DNA of 64,000 nucleotides from Nitrospirota bacterium (GTDB taxonomy: Bacteria; Nitrospirota; Nitrospiria; Nitrospirales; Nitrospiraceae). This document shows, piece after piece, positions 1 through 9,718 of this stretch. The notes below the pieces were generated by a model. That model was not told the DNA's origin. It did no database searches and saw nothing but the letters and a program-made list of their open reading frames with translations. The position numbers and the translations under genes are program-made. Where the stretch lies: NCBI GenBank assembly GCA_963701855.1, contig CAVPBK010000009.1:320001-384000 (forward strand). The letters are read 5' to 3'. Positions within the stretch are counted from its first letter, which is position 1; the number at the start of each line of letters is the position of its first letter.

Positions 1-1
1 C

Positions 2-178
2 GCGCTGATCAGCGACGCGCTACGAGAAGCGCTTACCAAGCGTCGCCACAAGCGGAAGAACGGGCGGGTGACTTTGACGACCTACGGAAAAAAAGGCCTT
101 CGCCCCGGTGTAGATCTCGACGACGGCGCTGCCTTGCTCGATCTGATGGAGCCACCGCATGGTTCTGGCCGACGTTAA
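2..178 (+). CDS. VapB-type antitoxin, 5' partial (runs off the window)
   Basis: Frame 2 reads ALISDALREALTKRR...GLRPGVDLDDGAALLDLME, a typical RHH/VapB C-terminus; it overlaps the start of the PIN gene. Confidence 0.75.
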   Translation, partial: ALISDALREALTKRRHKRKNGRVTLTTYGKKGLRPGVDLDDGAALLDLMEPPHGSGRR

Positions 179-596
179 TGTCCTGGTCTATGCACATCGT
201 GAGGATGCACCTCGTCACCGCGAATATCTGAATTGGGTCAATCGGGTGCTCAGCTCCGACGCAGCCTTTGGCGTTTCCGACCTGGTTCTGAGCGGTTTTC
301 TGAGAGTCGTGACCCATCCACGTGTGTTTCGCGATCCTACACCGCTCGACCGCGCGCTGAGATTCGCTGTCTCAATACGTGACCACCCCAACGCCGTGAC
401 GCTTGCTCCCGGCGAACGTCACTGGGATATCTTTCAGCGTCTATGCCACGAGGCCAACGCCAAGGGTAACCTCATTCCTGATGCCTATCTAGCCGCGCTT
501 GCCATTGAAAGTGGCGCGGAATGGATTACGACCGATCGAGACTATGCCCGTTTTCCCGGTCTTCGATGGCGACATCCCCTAAGTGCCGGCCAATAA
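159..596 (+). CDS. vapC: VapC PIN-domain toxin
   Basis: LADVNVLVYAHR, GNLIPDAYLAALAIE and TTDRDYARFPGL motifs. Confidence 0.92.
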   Translation: MVLADVNVLVYAHREDAPRHREYLNWVNRVLSSDAAFGVSDLVLSGFLRVVTHPRVFRDPTPLDRALRFAVSIRDHPNAVTLAPGERHWDIFQRLCHEANAKGNLIPDAYLAALAIESGAEWITTDRDYARFPGLRWRHPLSAGQ

Positions 597-699
597 CATC
601 TACCGGACGGTCAACGATGAATGACCGCCGGATAGGAGAGTTTCAACGACACTGTTTGCGCCGTTGTGCTTTGACATGTTCGCCACATGCAGACAGGCT

Positions 700-936
700 A
701 TGGCCGTGCCTAAGATGATTCAGCTTCGCCACGTACCGGATGACTTGCATCGAAAACTCAAGGCGCGCGCGGCCCTCGCCGGTTTGCCACTGTCTGACTA
801 TCTCCTTCAAGAAGTCCGTCGCGTCGCGGAGCGGCCGACAATCGGTGAATTGAGAAATCGTCTTGCCCACCGATCCTCTTTCACGCCCACGGTTTCTCCG
901 GCTAAGGCCGTCAGAGCGGAGCGAGACGATCGGTGA
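700..936 (+). CDS. FitA-like ribbon-helix-helix antitoxin
   Basis: IQLRHVPDDLHRKLKARAALAGLPLSDYLL; stop overlaps the next PIN start (GTGA); start could be 700 or 706. Confidence 0.85.
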   Translation: MAVPKMIQLRHVPDDLHRKLKARAALAGLPLSDYLLQEVRRVAERPTIGELRNRLAHRSSFTPTVSPAKAVRAERDDR

Positions 937-1325
937 TTGTTGTTGATGCCTCGGTTGTCATCGAGGTGTTGCTGAATACTCCTGCCGGAACTCAGATGGC
1001 CGAACGGTTTTTTGACCCAGACGAAACCATTCATGCGCCCCATCCCCTCGATGTCGAAGTCGCGCAAGCCCTGCGCCGGTATACGCGGACCGGTGAACTT
1101 AATCCTGTTCGGGGGCTCCAAGCGCTCGAGGATCTTGTCGATCTTCCGCTGACCCGATGCCCTCATGATCTCCTTCTGCTCAGGATCTGGGAACTTCGTC
1201 ATAATGTCACCGCGTACTACGCCGCGCACATCGCTCTCGCCGAAACACTTGGAGCACTGCTGTTGACTCGCGATACGGCGCTCGCATCGGCTCCGGAAAA
1301 TCGCGCGCGGATCGAACTCATTTGA
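933..1325 (+). CDS. vapC: VapC PIN-domain toxin (one catalytic Asp appears substituted)
   Basis: MIVVDASV, DVEVAQALRR and LLTRD; TAYYAAH where TAYDAAY is typical. Confidence 0.88.
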   Translation: MIVVDASVVIEVLLNTPAGTQMAERFFDPDETIHAPHPLDVEVAQALRRYTRTGELNPVRGLQALEDLVDLPLTRCPHDLLLLRIWELRHNVTAYYAAHIALAETLGALLLTRDTALASAPENRARIELI

Positions 1326-1497
1326 CCCGTCCGTTCTCCTCACGTCCCTTCGCTCGTCACCTTCTGGACCTGCCGGTCAAGTCCTAAGATGGAACGGCGC
1401 CTGAAGATCTTTTTCACCTTGCCCCTTCGAGATGACACAGGGCGCTCCCGCGATGCGAGGGCGCCCTGTGTCCTTCACCCGGGATCGATAGAATCGA

Positions 1498-3936
1498 TCA
1501 ATCCGTCAATCGCTTGCGCGCGTGAGCCTCGTGCACGGCCTGCTGCTCTGCCTCGGTGCTCGCCGATTTCATTTCTTTCAAGTCAATCGTGACGCTGTTG
1601 ATCTTGCCGGTGAATTTGTTGTTGCCTTCCTTGTAGTCCTCCGTCACCGGCGTCCCGTCGTCTGCCCCGACATCGGCGCCTTCATCGGCTGAGAAGATGC
1701 AACATTGCGTGTGCTCGATCCGCCCTTCGGCCACCTTCTGGCCGTTAACAAAGATCGTTCCGATCCCACCCTTGCCCATACCAGGGCCATCGGAGGCAAA
1801 CTCAAACCGAATGGTTGCCTTACCGGCCGGCAACGGTTGTGCCGCAGCCACGTTGAACCGCTGCAAGCCAAGGAAGTTGTAGGTGTATATCGGCTTCCCA
1901 TCTTTCATATAGAGACTCCAGCCACCGAACCTGCCGGCCTGGGCGAGGATCACACCGTTGGCGCCGCCCTGGGGGATCTCCACATCGGCGCTGATTGTAT
2001 GCGACTTGTTCTTCAGATTGATGAAGACGTGCTCCGACATCCCGATCATCCCCTCGTAAACCGTCAGAGAGGTGCGACTCCCCATAAGATCAGGCCGCCC
2101 GGCCATGGCAGGGATAAGGCGCTCAAAGATGCGGTCATCGATGGGCAGCACCCGGTTCTTGACCGCTTCCTTCATAAAGAGGTCTTGCAGCTCCTTGAGC
2201 TTGGGCAAATTCTTCGTGGCCAGATTGTTCACCAGGCTGAAATCATTACGCGTGTCGTAGAGCTCCCACTTGTCATCGGCAAGCGCTGTGCGTGGCTTCG
2301 GCTCCCACGGTGCCCGGTGCACAGTACCGGCCAACCAGCCATCGGAGTAGATGGCCCGGTTGCCCATGATCTCGAAGTACTGCACCAGGTGCCGGCTGTT
2401 CGCCATGGGCTTGGCAAACGTGTAGACCATGCTCACTCCTTCGATCGGCTCCTGTGGCGTGCCATTCACGACTTTCGGCTCGGGTAACTCCGCCGCTTCC
2501 AGGACTGTCGGCGCAATATCGATGACATGATGGAACTGCGCGCGCACCTCGCCTTTTGCCTTGATGCGCTTGGGCCAATGAACCACCATCCCGTTGCGTG
2601 TACCGCCGAAACTGGAGGCGATCTGCTTGGTCCATGTAAACGGCGTATCGCCCGCGACAGCCCACCCGGCGGCCATGTGGGGATAGGACATCGGGCCACC
2701 GAGCTCATCATAATGTTTCAGAATGTCCTGAACGGTTTCGCGCACACCGTTGAAGTAGGTCATCTCGTTGAACAGGCCATTCATGCCGCCTTCGGCACTC
2801 GTGCCATTGTCGCCGAGGATGTAAAAGATCAAGGTATTATCCATCTGGCCCGTCTGCTCGAGGGCCTGGATCAGCCGGCCAATCTCCGTGTCCGTGTGTT
2901 CGCCGAAGCCGGCAAATATCTCCATCTGACGAGTAAAGAGTTTCTTCTCCTCATCCGAGAGCTTGTCCCAATCCTTGATGGCTTCCGGCTTGGGTGCGAG
3001 CTTCGTCCCCTGCGGGACGACACCCAGCTTGATCTGACGGGCCAGGGTCTCTTCGCGGAAAGTGTCCCACCCGCCATCGAACTGGCCCTTGTACTTGGCG
3101 ATCCATTCCTTCGGGACATGATGGGGCGCATGAGTGGAACCGGGGGCGAAATACATGAAGAACGGCTTGTCTGGCGTGAGCGATTTCTGGTACTGCATCC
3201 AGTGGATCGCCTGGTTGGTCATGTCGGTCATGAAGTGATAGTTCGGATCTTTTGGCAACTCCACCTGCGTCAATCCGTCATAGACCAGCGGCGCCCATTG
3301 GTTGGTCTCGCCGCCGAGAAAGCCGTAGAACTTATCGAAGCCGGAGCGGGTTGGCCAGCGGTCCGTCGGGCCGGAGGGACTGAGTTCCCAGGCGGCAGTC
3401 TCATGCGACTTGCCGAAGGCAGCCGTGCTATAGCCGTTCAGCCGCAACACCTCGGCCAGCGGCGCGACATTGTTGGGTCGGCTCCCGGTATTGCCGAGGA
3501 ACGCAGTGGAAATCTCCGTGATCGCCCCCATGTTGTTCATGTGATGATTACGGCCACTCAGCAACGCAGCTCGAGTCGGCGAACAGAGCGCCGTTGTATG
3601 GAAATGGTTGTAGCGCAAGCCGTTGTCGGCGAGTCGCTCGACCGTCGGCATATGAATCGGGCCTCCGAACGCACTGGACATACCGAACCCCATGTCGTCG
3701 ATCAGCACGACAAGCACGTTCGGCGCGCCGGCCGGCGCCTTGACCTCAAAGCGCAGCGGGGCTGTGGCCTTGCGAGCGTCGATCTCCGTGATCGCTGGGC
3801 GCTTGGGTTCCGGAATCGGCAACACCGTCCGATCCAGCTTGTCCGCCGCGTGAGCTGGAATAGAAATAGTTGCCGTCACCGCAGACAACCCCATCAGCAT
3901 GATGGTGAGCGCAACCAACCTTGTCTTTTGCCGCAT
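1498..3936 (-). CDS. Arylsulfatase (Cys-type, exported) with C-terminal beta-sandwich extension
   Basis: Signal peptide, VLIDDMGFG, CSPTR formylglycine motif, FGKSH. Confidence 0.95.
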   Translation of the reverse strand: MRQKTRLVALTIMLMGLSAVTATISIPAHAADKLDRTVLPIPEPKRPAITEIDARKATAPLRFEVKAPAGAPNVLVVLIDDMGFGMSSAFGGPIHMPTVERLADNGLRYNHFHTTALCSPTRAALLSGRNHHMNNMGAITEISTAFLGNTGSRPNNVAPLAEVLRLNGYSTAAFGKSHETAAWELSPSGPTDRWPTRSGFDKFYGFLGGETNQWAPLVYDGLTQVELPKDPNYHFMTDMTNQAIHWMQYQKSLTPDKPFFMYFAPGSTHAPHHVPKEWIAKYKGQFDGGWDTFREETLARQIKLGVVPQGTKLAPKPEAIKDWDKLSDEEKKLFTRQMEIFAGFGEHTDTEIGRLIQALEQTGQMDNTLIFYILGDNGTSAEGGMNGLFNEMTYFNGVRETVQDILKHYDELGGPMSYPHMAAGWAVAGDTPFTWTKQIASSFGGTRNGMVVHWPKRIKAKGEVRAQFHHVIDIAPTVLEAAELPEPKVVNGTPQEPIEGVSMVYTFAKPMANSRHLVQYFEIMGNRAIYSDGWLAGTVHRAPWEPKPRTALADDKWELYDTRNDFSLVNNLATKNLPKLKELQDLFMKEAVKNRVLPIDDRIFERLIPAMAGRPDLMGSRTSLTVYEGMIGMSEHVFINLKNKSHTISADVEIPQGGANGVILAQAGRFGGWSLYMKDGKPIYTYNFLGLQRFNVAAAQPLPAGKATIRFEFASDGPGMGKGGIGTIFVNGQKVAEGRIEHTQCCIFSADEGADVGADDGTPVTEDYKEGNNKFTGKINSVTIDLKEMKSASTEAEQQAVHEAHARKRLTD

Positions 3937-4036
3937 CGTCTCTCTCCTCCTCTTTAAGATTCATCGTTGCGAAGCTCATCTGTCATTCATCAGGCCTGAC
4001 CCAATGACTCCTTGATGACTGAGATGGGAACAGGAA

Positions 4037-4747
4037 TTAATCGATCCAGCCCTGTTGCTGGAATTTCGGTTTGATCTTCTCCGCAATTTCCTTCGCAATC
4101 GCCTTCGCTCGGCCCTCAATCTTACTGCTGCCGCTGTACTCCCCATAGGCTTTGGCCCCGCCGCCGACGATGAGGCCCACGGGGTTACCGGTGGCAATCA
4201 AGGCGACAACCCCCAATGCACCCCCTGGAGTTTTAGCTCCAGTGGAATCTAGGGAGCCGGATCCGAGTTTTCGTAGTCCCTGAGCCGTCATCTGGAAGCC
4301 CTCGGCCGCTACCCTCAACTCGGATGCCCCGGAGCCAAATCCGAGGGCGACGCGTTTTGTCGCGTCGCCCTCGTCGACCGAGAGGAGATAGCCCCGAAAT
4401 ACAAGGTCATTGATTTGTGGCTTCGTACCACTCGAAGCCCGCGCTGCCGGCAGTCCCATGCCGCGGATCTCCTCGGCCAGCTGCGTCGCAATGGCTTCGC
4501 CCACCTTCCGGCCGGTCTCGATTTGCTCGGCGGTTTGGGGCGTAGGGTGCTCGGCATGCTTGCCGGCGAGTGCGGAATCGGCTGGAACCTCGGCGGACGT
4601 CGCGGCGAAGTCATACACCCAGATATGACCGGGGCGAGGGATCTTTCCCCCCATATATTCGTGCCGGTCACTTACCTCGGTTGAGGCGCACCCGGCAGCA
4701 ACCGCCATGGCCAACATACACAATCCGATGCGTGTAAAGGATTGCAT
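4037..4747 (-). CDS. DUF4410-like lipoprotein
   Basis: Lipobox AAGC; VDEGDATKRVALGFGSGAS motif. Confidence 0.75.
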   Translation of the reverse strand: MQSFTRIGLCMLAMAVAAGCASTEVSDRHEYMGGKIPRPGHIWVYDFAATSAEVPADSALAGKHAEHPTPQTAEQIETGRKVGEAIATQLAEEIRGMGLPAARASSGTKPQINDLVFRGYLLSVDEGDATKRVALGFGSGASELRVAAEGFQMTAQGLRKLGSGSLDSTGAKTPGGALGVVALIATGNPVGLIVGGGAKAYGEYSGSSKIEGRAKAIAKEIAEKIKPKFQQQGWID

Positions 4748-4902
4748 GGCAGACCTCCTAGGATGAGACGGATACTGATACCGCGCGTACTGTCTTCTAT
4801 TGAGACACTACGCGCAATGTTTAAAGCGTCGCAACAGCATCGAAGGAGCCCGTCAGTCCACAACGCCGTTCAGGATAGCCATTTGGCTGTGTCATAAGCC
4901 TA

Positions 4903-6084
4903 TCAGTGCGCATCGCGCACCAGCCGGAATCCGACATGGTTCGTGCCCGTATCTGGCTCGCCCTTGCCGCGACCGCCTGCGATGTAGCGCGCGCAATACT
5001 GATCGGTGCAGAGGAATGAGCCGCCCCTGTGAACTTTCTTTTTGACACCTGGCTCGCTGGGATCGAGACTGTCGACCGGCCCTTGTGGATTACGCGTGAA
5101 CGCTCCTTCCTCGGCTAGCGTCTGATAGTAATCATGCCGGTACCAATCGCTGGTCCATTCCCAGACGTTCCCGGCCATGTCGTATAGCCCGTAGGCATTG
5201 GGAGGGAACGACGCCACCGGCGCTGCGCGCTCGTGGCCGTCTTCTTTCGTATTCTTCTCAGGGAAGTGACCTTGAAATGTGTTGGCCATGAACTTGCCGC
5301 CCGGTTTCAACTCGTCGCCCCAGGCATAGGGTTTTCGCTCCAACCCGCCGCGCTGCGCGAATTCGAACTCGGCTTCCGTCGGCACACGCTTCCCTGCCCA
5401 TTTGGCATAGGCCAATGCATCCTGGTATGCGATGTGGGCGACTGGATAGTTCCCGCGATCCTTGATCGTGCTATTCGGTCCCTCCGGATGCCGCCAGTTG
5501 GCACCCTTCACATAGCTCCACCATTGGAAATGGTCGTTCAGTTTTACGGCATGATCAGGCGGCGAGAAGACAACCGACCCGGCCACGAGATTTTCCGGTG
5601 GCGCGCCGGGGAAATCCTCCGCGCGCGGCGCCTGCTCGGCAACCGTCACATACTTGGTTGCCTTCACGAATTTAGCGAACTGGTCGTTCGTGACTTCGGT
5701 CTTGTCCATCCAGAATCCATCCACAAAAACACGATGCCACGGTTGAGCGTCGGGAAACTCCTCCGCCCCCATCCAGAACTCGCCGCCGGGAATCCAGACC
5801 ATGCCTTCCGGCGCCGGACCAGGAGGAGGCGGAACTTTCGTGCGCGGTGAGTCCCCGGACAACTGGGCTGATTGGCTCGGGACTGGGCTCGGTTGCGGAG
5901 TGACGGCCGCGGCGCCGCGGCCGGCCTTCGCAGCGGAAATGCCCATGTCGCAAGTCATGCCGGACTTCGGCGCTGTTTCGACCGACGGAGAAGTGTTGCC
6001 GGAGCTATACCACCAAGCGGTCAGGACGATGCTTGAGCACAGAGGCAACCAAATCCTGATGAGAGATGTGCGTGTCATGTTCAT
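4903..6084 (-). CDS. Formylglycine-generating enzyme (SUMF1/FGE) family protein
   Basis: GLYDMAGNVWEW, RGGSFLCTDQYCARY and GFRLV motifs; next to a sulfatase. Confidence 0.93.
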   Translation of the reverse strand: MNMTRTSLIRIWLPLCSSIVLTAWWYSSGNTSPSVETAPKSGMTCDMGISAAKAGRGAAAVTPQPSPVPSQSAQLSGDSPRTKVPPPPGPAPEGMVWIPGGEFWMGAEEFPDAQPWHRVFVDGFWMDKTEVTNDQFAKFVKATKYVTVAEQAPRAEDFPGAPPENLVAGSVVFSPPDHAVKLNDHFQWWSYVKGANWRHPEGPNSTIKDRGNYPVAHIAYQDALAYAKWAGKRVPTEAEFEFAQRGGLERKPYAWGDELKPGGKFMANTFQGHFPEKNTKEDGHERAAPVASFPPNAYGLYDMAGNVWEWTSDWYRHDYYQTLAEEGAFTRNPQGPVDSLDPSEPGVKKKVHRGGSFLCTDQYCARYIAGGRGKGEPDTGTNHVGFRLVRDAH

Positions 6085-6244
6085 CGCGCCCTCCGGTCAA
6101 CTTCAGAATATCGATTTCGGCAACAACAGAATTCCCACAAAGCCGACAGGAGAGAATAGACTTCGCTTTATGAGCGGCTCTTTCGAGTACAAAAAGTTGG
6201 CCGCTGAACAGTGCTGTTCATTGTTGTGTTCTTTCAGTAGTGAC

Positions 6245-6349
6245 TGCTTGGTCTGTCTGGTTTGTTTGGTTTGTCTTATTTTTTGGTTTGGCAAAACTAA
6301 CCAGACAAACGAGATGAACCAGATAGACCAGACCAACCAGATAGACCAA
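6245..6349. repeat. 9-bp-unit inverted-repeat element (AACCAGAYA family), copy 1
   Basis: Left arm of TCTGGTTTG-like units and right arm of AACCAGATA-like units; abuts the stop codon at 6350. Confidence 0.85.
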
Positions 6350-7069
6350 CTAGGCTTTCGGTTCGACGCAATCCATCCCACTCCGCCATTGGCACAATCG
6401 GTAGCGGGCCTTCTCAGCCCAGAAGCGGTACGCCTCCTCCACATCATTCCAGGAGTAGGTCACGCCCTTTAGACTCTTGGTGCCGCCCCGGCGGTCCACC
6501 GCCTCAACAAGAATAGTTCCCATGACGCTGTCGGTCACCTTGATCTCAACCGCCGCACTGCCGGTGAATGCCGATACCCCGGTTGCGAGGCTCTTCATGC
6601 CCGAAAGCAGCCGCGTCTGCGGGATGACGCTCGTCACCGTATCCAGCACTGCATTGGATTCTCCCGCTTCGGTGATGGCGGCTTGAATCCGCAGCACATC
6701 CGGACCAGCTTGGCTCGTCATCTCGTAGTCCTTCTGGAGAGATGCGTCGAGCCTCAACCATAAGATAGTAGCCAGCCGCTGCCGATCTTCAATGGACACG
6801 TCCTTGAGTTGAGAGTCCGTCTGACTCATCCAGACCGTCACCGGATCCAACAACACTTTCCTATACTTGCGCCAATCGACGGCGGGGTTCCTGTAGATCA
6901 ATAAGGCTTGATCCTCAGCCGATTCCGAGATCGTGCTGCGCTGGCCCTCCCTCAGTAGGGAATAGTCGCTCAAGAACCCGGACTTTTCCACCGACTTCGC
7001 CTCTTGGGTCGCAGCGCAGCCAGTCACAACAAACATGAGTAACAGAATTGCTCCAACCATCTTATGCAT
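6350..7069 (-). CDS. DUF3313 lipoprotein
   Basis: Lipobox VTGC, SGFLSDYSLL, LRIQAAITEA, AVDRRGG. Confidence 0.88.
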   Translation of the reverse strand: MHKMVGAILLLMFVVTGCAATQEAKSVEKSGFLSDYSLLREGQRSTISESAEDQALLIYRNPAVDWRKYRKVLLDPVTVWMSQTDSQLKDVSIEDRQRLATILWLRLDASLQKDYEMTSQAGPDVLRIQAAITEAGESNAVLDTVTSVIPQTRLLSGMKSLATGVSAFTGSAAVEIKVTDSVMGTILVEAVDRRGGTKSLKGVTYSWNDVEEAYRFWAEKARYRLCQWRSGMDCVEPKA

Positions 7070-7316
7070 GCGCGTCTCCTGTTATGGTGAGCTGAACGCC
7101 GGTTTTTCTCCACAGAATGATTGAGGGGAACGCAGTACTGTGCAGGGGGATCATTGTGGTGGCAACGGCCCCTCTTACTCGTACTGTTTGAATTTTTGAG
7201 ATTCTATGAGAATGAGGCTTACTATTCAATGGACATCGACCCCATCACCTCAAAACAAAACTGCTTAGGTGTTCAGGCTGAAGGCTGAAGGTCGGGGTTC
7301 GAAGTTCTGATCACTT

Positions 7317-7796
7317 CTATTTGTCCGGGGGATAGTCTTTGAATGCCTTGGCGACTCCCTTGTTGACCATTTGAAAATTCTTTCCCAAGTCGTCCCCCAC
7401 AGTTTCCCTGATCACGGCCCGCCACACCAACTTCTTTTTCGACGACTCGGCCAGATTCACGACCAAGGTGGCTTCCTGATACTTATCGGCATCATTCACA
7501 CCGAATAACAGGTGTACCAGCAGGTCTGGACGGTCTTCCAAGCCGACTTGCCGGATCCCTTTGGCGGCGAGCTGTTCGTCGACCATCTCTTTCATCCGCA
7601 TCCTCAAGGGCGAATTGTCAGACGCCTCGATCTTTTGCCCTCTGTCCGTCATCCCCGAAAAGGCAAACGTATGAAACGCAGAGAACTCGGCGGACGGTTC
7701 GAATTCTGTTTGCACCGTGATCTCATACGGCCTCGTGCAGCCGCCGACAGCGAACAGCCCCAGCGCCAGCCACACGATCAGAAATCTGATGTTCAT
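7317..7796 (-). CDS. DUF4136 lipoprotein (shorter paralog)
   Basis: Lipobox VGGC, FSAFHTFAF, TLVVNL...KKLVWRA, KAFKDYPP. Confidence 0.85.
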   Translation of the reverse strand: MNIRFLIVWLALGLFAVGGCTRPYEITVQTEFEPSAEFSAFHTFAFSGMTDRGQKIEASDNSPLRMRMKEMVDEQLAAKGIRQVGLEDRPDLLVHLLFGVNDADKYQEATLVVNLAESSKKKLVWRAVIRETVGDDLGKNFQMVNKGVAKAFKDYPPDK

Positions 7797-7843
7797 TGCG
7801 CCTCCCTCCTGCTATGATTTCTTGTGCAGACAATGCAGGCGTC

Positions 7844-7977
7844 GCAGGCTGTTGCAAAGGCCGCCAGCCTGTCTTGTTCATTTGGTTTGTCTGGTTGTTT
7901 CGTTGAACGAAACTAACCAGATGAACCAAATCAACCAGATAAACCAAACAAACCAGACCAACCAGATAGACCAACTA
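7844..7977. repeat. 9-bp-unit inverted-repeat element with a CAGGCTGTTG-type end, copy 2
   Basis: GCAGGCTGTTGCAAAGGCCGCCAG followed by the 9-mer hairpin with core GTTGAACGAAACTAACCAGATGAACC. Confidence 0.85.
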
Positions 7978-7992
7978 GACAATCCGCTCACT

Positions 7993-8604
7993 TCATTTGG
8001 CCGGGGGATAGGATTTGAATGCCGTGGCGACTCCCTTATTGGCCACTTTAAAATTCTCCTCCAGACTGTCCCCCAAGACTGCCCTGATCACGGCCCGCCA
8101 CACCAAGTGTTTTTTCGACGACTCAGCCAGATCCACGATCAAGGTGCCTTCACGATCCTCATGGATAGTCGCGCGACTAGTATTGACGCGGTCCCACTCG
8201 CCTTCGTGATACTCATAGTTTTCTACGGGACGGCCATAATAGCCGGGGCCCCATCCGTACCCGCGACCATAGAGAGGTGGCCCCGTGGGAGCGCTTTCAA
8301 CACGTTGTTGACCCTTCACGCCAAAGAACAGGTGTACCAGCAGGTCGGGACGGTCTTCCAAGCTGACTTGCCGGATCCCTTTGGCGACGAGCTGTTCATC
8401 GATCATCTCTTTGATCCGCCCCCTCAAGGGCGAATTGTCGGACGCCCCGATCTCTTGCCCTCTATCCGTTATCCCCGAAAAGGCAAATGTGCGAAACGCA
8501 GAGAACTGGGTGGACGGGTCGAAGTCTGTGATGACTTTTGGCCCCTCAGCACAGCCTCCTACAGCGAGCAGCGCCAGCGACGCGATCAAAAATCTGATGT
8601 TCAT
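7993..8604 (-). CDS. DUF4136 lipoprotein
   Basis: Lipobox VGGC, Gly/Tyr-rich loop, EGTLIVDL...LVWRA. Confidence 0.88.
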   Translation of the reverse strand: MNIRFLIASLALLAVGGCAEGPKVITDFDPSTQFSAFRTFAFSGITDRGQEIGASDNSPLRGRIKEMIDEQLVAKGIRQVSLEDRPDLLVHLFFGVKGQQRVESAPTGPPLYGRGYGWGPGYYGRPVENYEYHEGEWDRVNTSRATIHEDREGTLIVDLAESSKKHLVWRAVIRAVLGDSLEENFKVANKGVATAFKSYPPAK

Positions 8605-8695
8605 CTTCTATCTCCCTTCTACCTATCTTTGAGGTCTCGTTCAGACAAAACAAGGCTCAGACCATATACTGAATTCCAATTTGAGTAAACCAGTC

Positions 8696-8952
8696 CTAGC
8701 AGCCTGCGGGAAAACTCAGTTTTACACAATACGCCGTTGGAGCCGTCCATATCGGCGTCGAAGTCAACAAAGCATCAGGATGCTCAAAAAGTCCGTCCTC
8801 GTTGAGCGTGGCTCGCCGGGTTGATCTGGTTCATCTGGTTTATCTGGTTTGTTTTGTTCATCGAGTTAGTCTTGTTTAACCAAACAAACCAGACAGACCG
8901 AACAGATCAAATAAACAAGATAGACTGGCGGACTTTTTCAGCATCCTGCTAG
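8696..8952. mobile_element. MITE-like element flanked by CTAG, containing a 9-mer hairpin (copy 3)
   Basis: CTAG at 8696-8699 and 8949-8952; imperfect terminal inverted repeats CAGCCTGCGGGAAAACTC / (revcomp) CAGGATGCTGAAAAAGTC; an internal third end-like copy near 8776. Confidence 0.7.
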
Positions 8953-8996
8953 AAGTCTGTGGTTAAAGGGTGGCTAGTCCTGCCTTATGAGGCCAG

Positions 8997-9034
8997 AAAA
9001 AAAAGGGCCAGCCCCCATTCGAGGACTGGCCCTG
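8997..9034 (-). terminator. Rho-independent terminator
   Basis: Minus strand AGGGCCAGTCC-loop-GGGCTGGCCCT followed by a T tract. Confidence 0.85.
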
Positions 9035-9101
9035 CTGAACCGGGAAGACCGAATACGACTTCCGTTACACTTGTCGCCCTGGATTCCAGGAAACGGAAAC
9101 C

Positions 9102-9117
9102 GGCATGATTCGTGCCG
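9102..9117 (-). promoter_or_regulatory. Sigma54 -24/-12-like motif or palindromic operator
   Basis: Minus strand CGGCACG-AATC-ATGC (GG-N10-GC); also palindromic GGCATG-N3-CGTGCC. Confidence 0.5.
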
Positions 9118-9163
9118 GTTGAACAGCCCCGGTTTCTATACGCCGGCGACGGCCTCAGGCCGA

Positions 9164-9643
9164 CTAACTGACCAGCGGAATCTGTGCGGCCAATTCGAAC
9201 TTCACGATCGCCCGGATTTTGTTTTCGATCTGCAGATACCGAGCGACCTTCGTAGCAGACAGCACCTTGCCCAATTTTGCCGCATAGGATTGCCGCAGCT
9301 TCACTTCCGATTCCTCGACCGCCAGCGCTTCGGCGAGCAGTTTCTTGGCCTGGTCATCGGAGATTTCGCCTTTGCCGGCGTTGAAGACATCGGCGTAACC
9401 CTTGAGCATGGTCAGCAGTCGTTGATTGATCTGATCCAATTCTTTTTGATAGCCGTCATACAGTGGCCAGAAGTTCTTGGCTTCCGCGTCGCTCAGATTC
9501 ATGTTGGACGCGACAACGAGCTTCTTATCCGCCTTGATCTTTTCTTTCAGAATCTCCATGTTCATTTGGTTGGCTTCCTGAGCCTGGACCGACCCAACGA
9601 ACAGGAACGACAGTAAAAGCACACCGATTTGCAGAATCATCAT
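9164..9643 (-). CDS. Exported helical hypothetical protein
   Basis: Signal peptide; LSDAEAKNFWPLYDGYQ motif; GAAGGGAG RBS. Confidence 0.8.
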   Translation of the reverse strand: MMILQIGVLLLSFLFVGSVQAQEANQMNMEILKEKIKADKKLVVASNMNLSDAEAKNFWPLYDGYQKELDQINQRLLTMLKGYADVFNAGKGEISDDQAKKLLAEALAVEESEVKLRQSYAAKLGKVLSATKVARYLQIENKIRAIVKFELAAQIPLVS

Positions 9644-9718
9644 AACGAAATCTCCCTTCTCTGTTGATTCACCACTGCTCATCATCCTCCCGTACCGGCA
9701 CCTTCATGGCACCATCAT

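Noticed and set aside
2527..3957. Long antisense ORFs (for example 2527-3957, 12638-13621, 17756-18889, 23506-24495)
   Set aside because: Shadow ORFs of GC-rich genes, with no recognisable motifs
7717..8688. ORFs with NQTNQ repeats (7717-8688, 5801-6472, 14199-14495)
   Set aside because: They are translations of the 9-bp repeats and lie antisense to real genes
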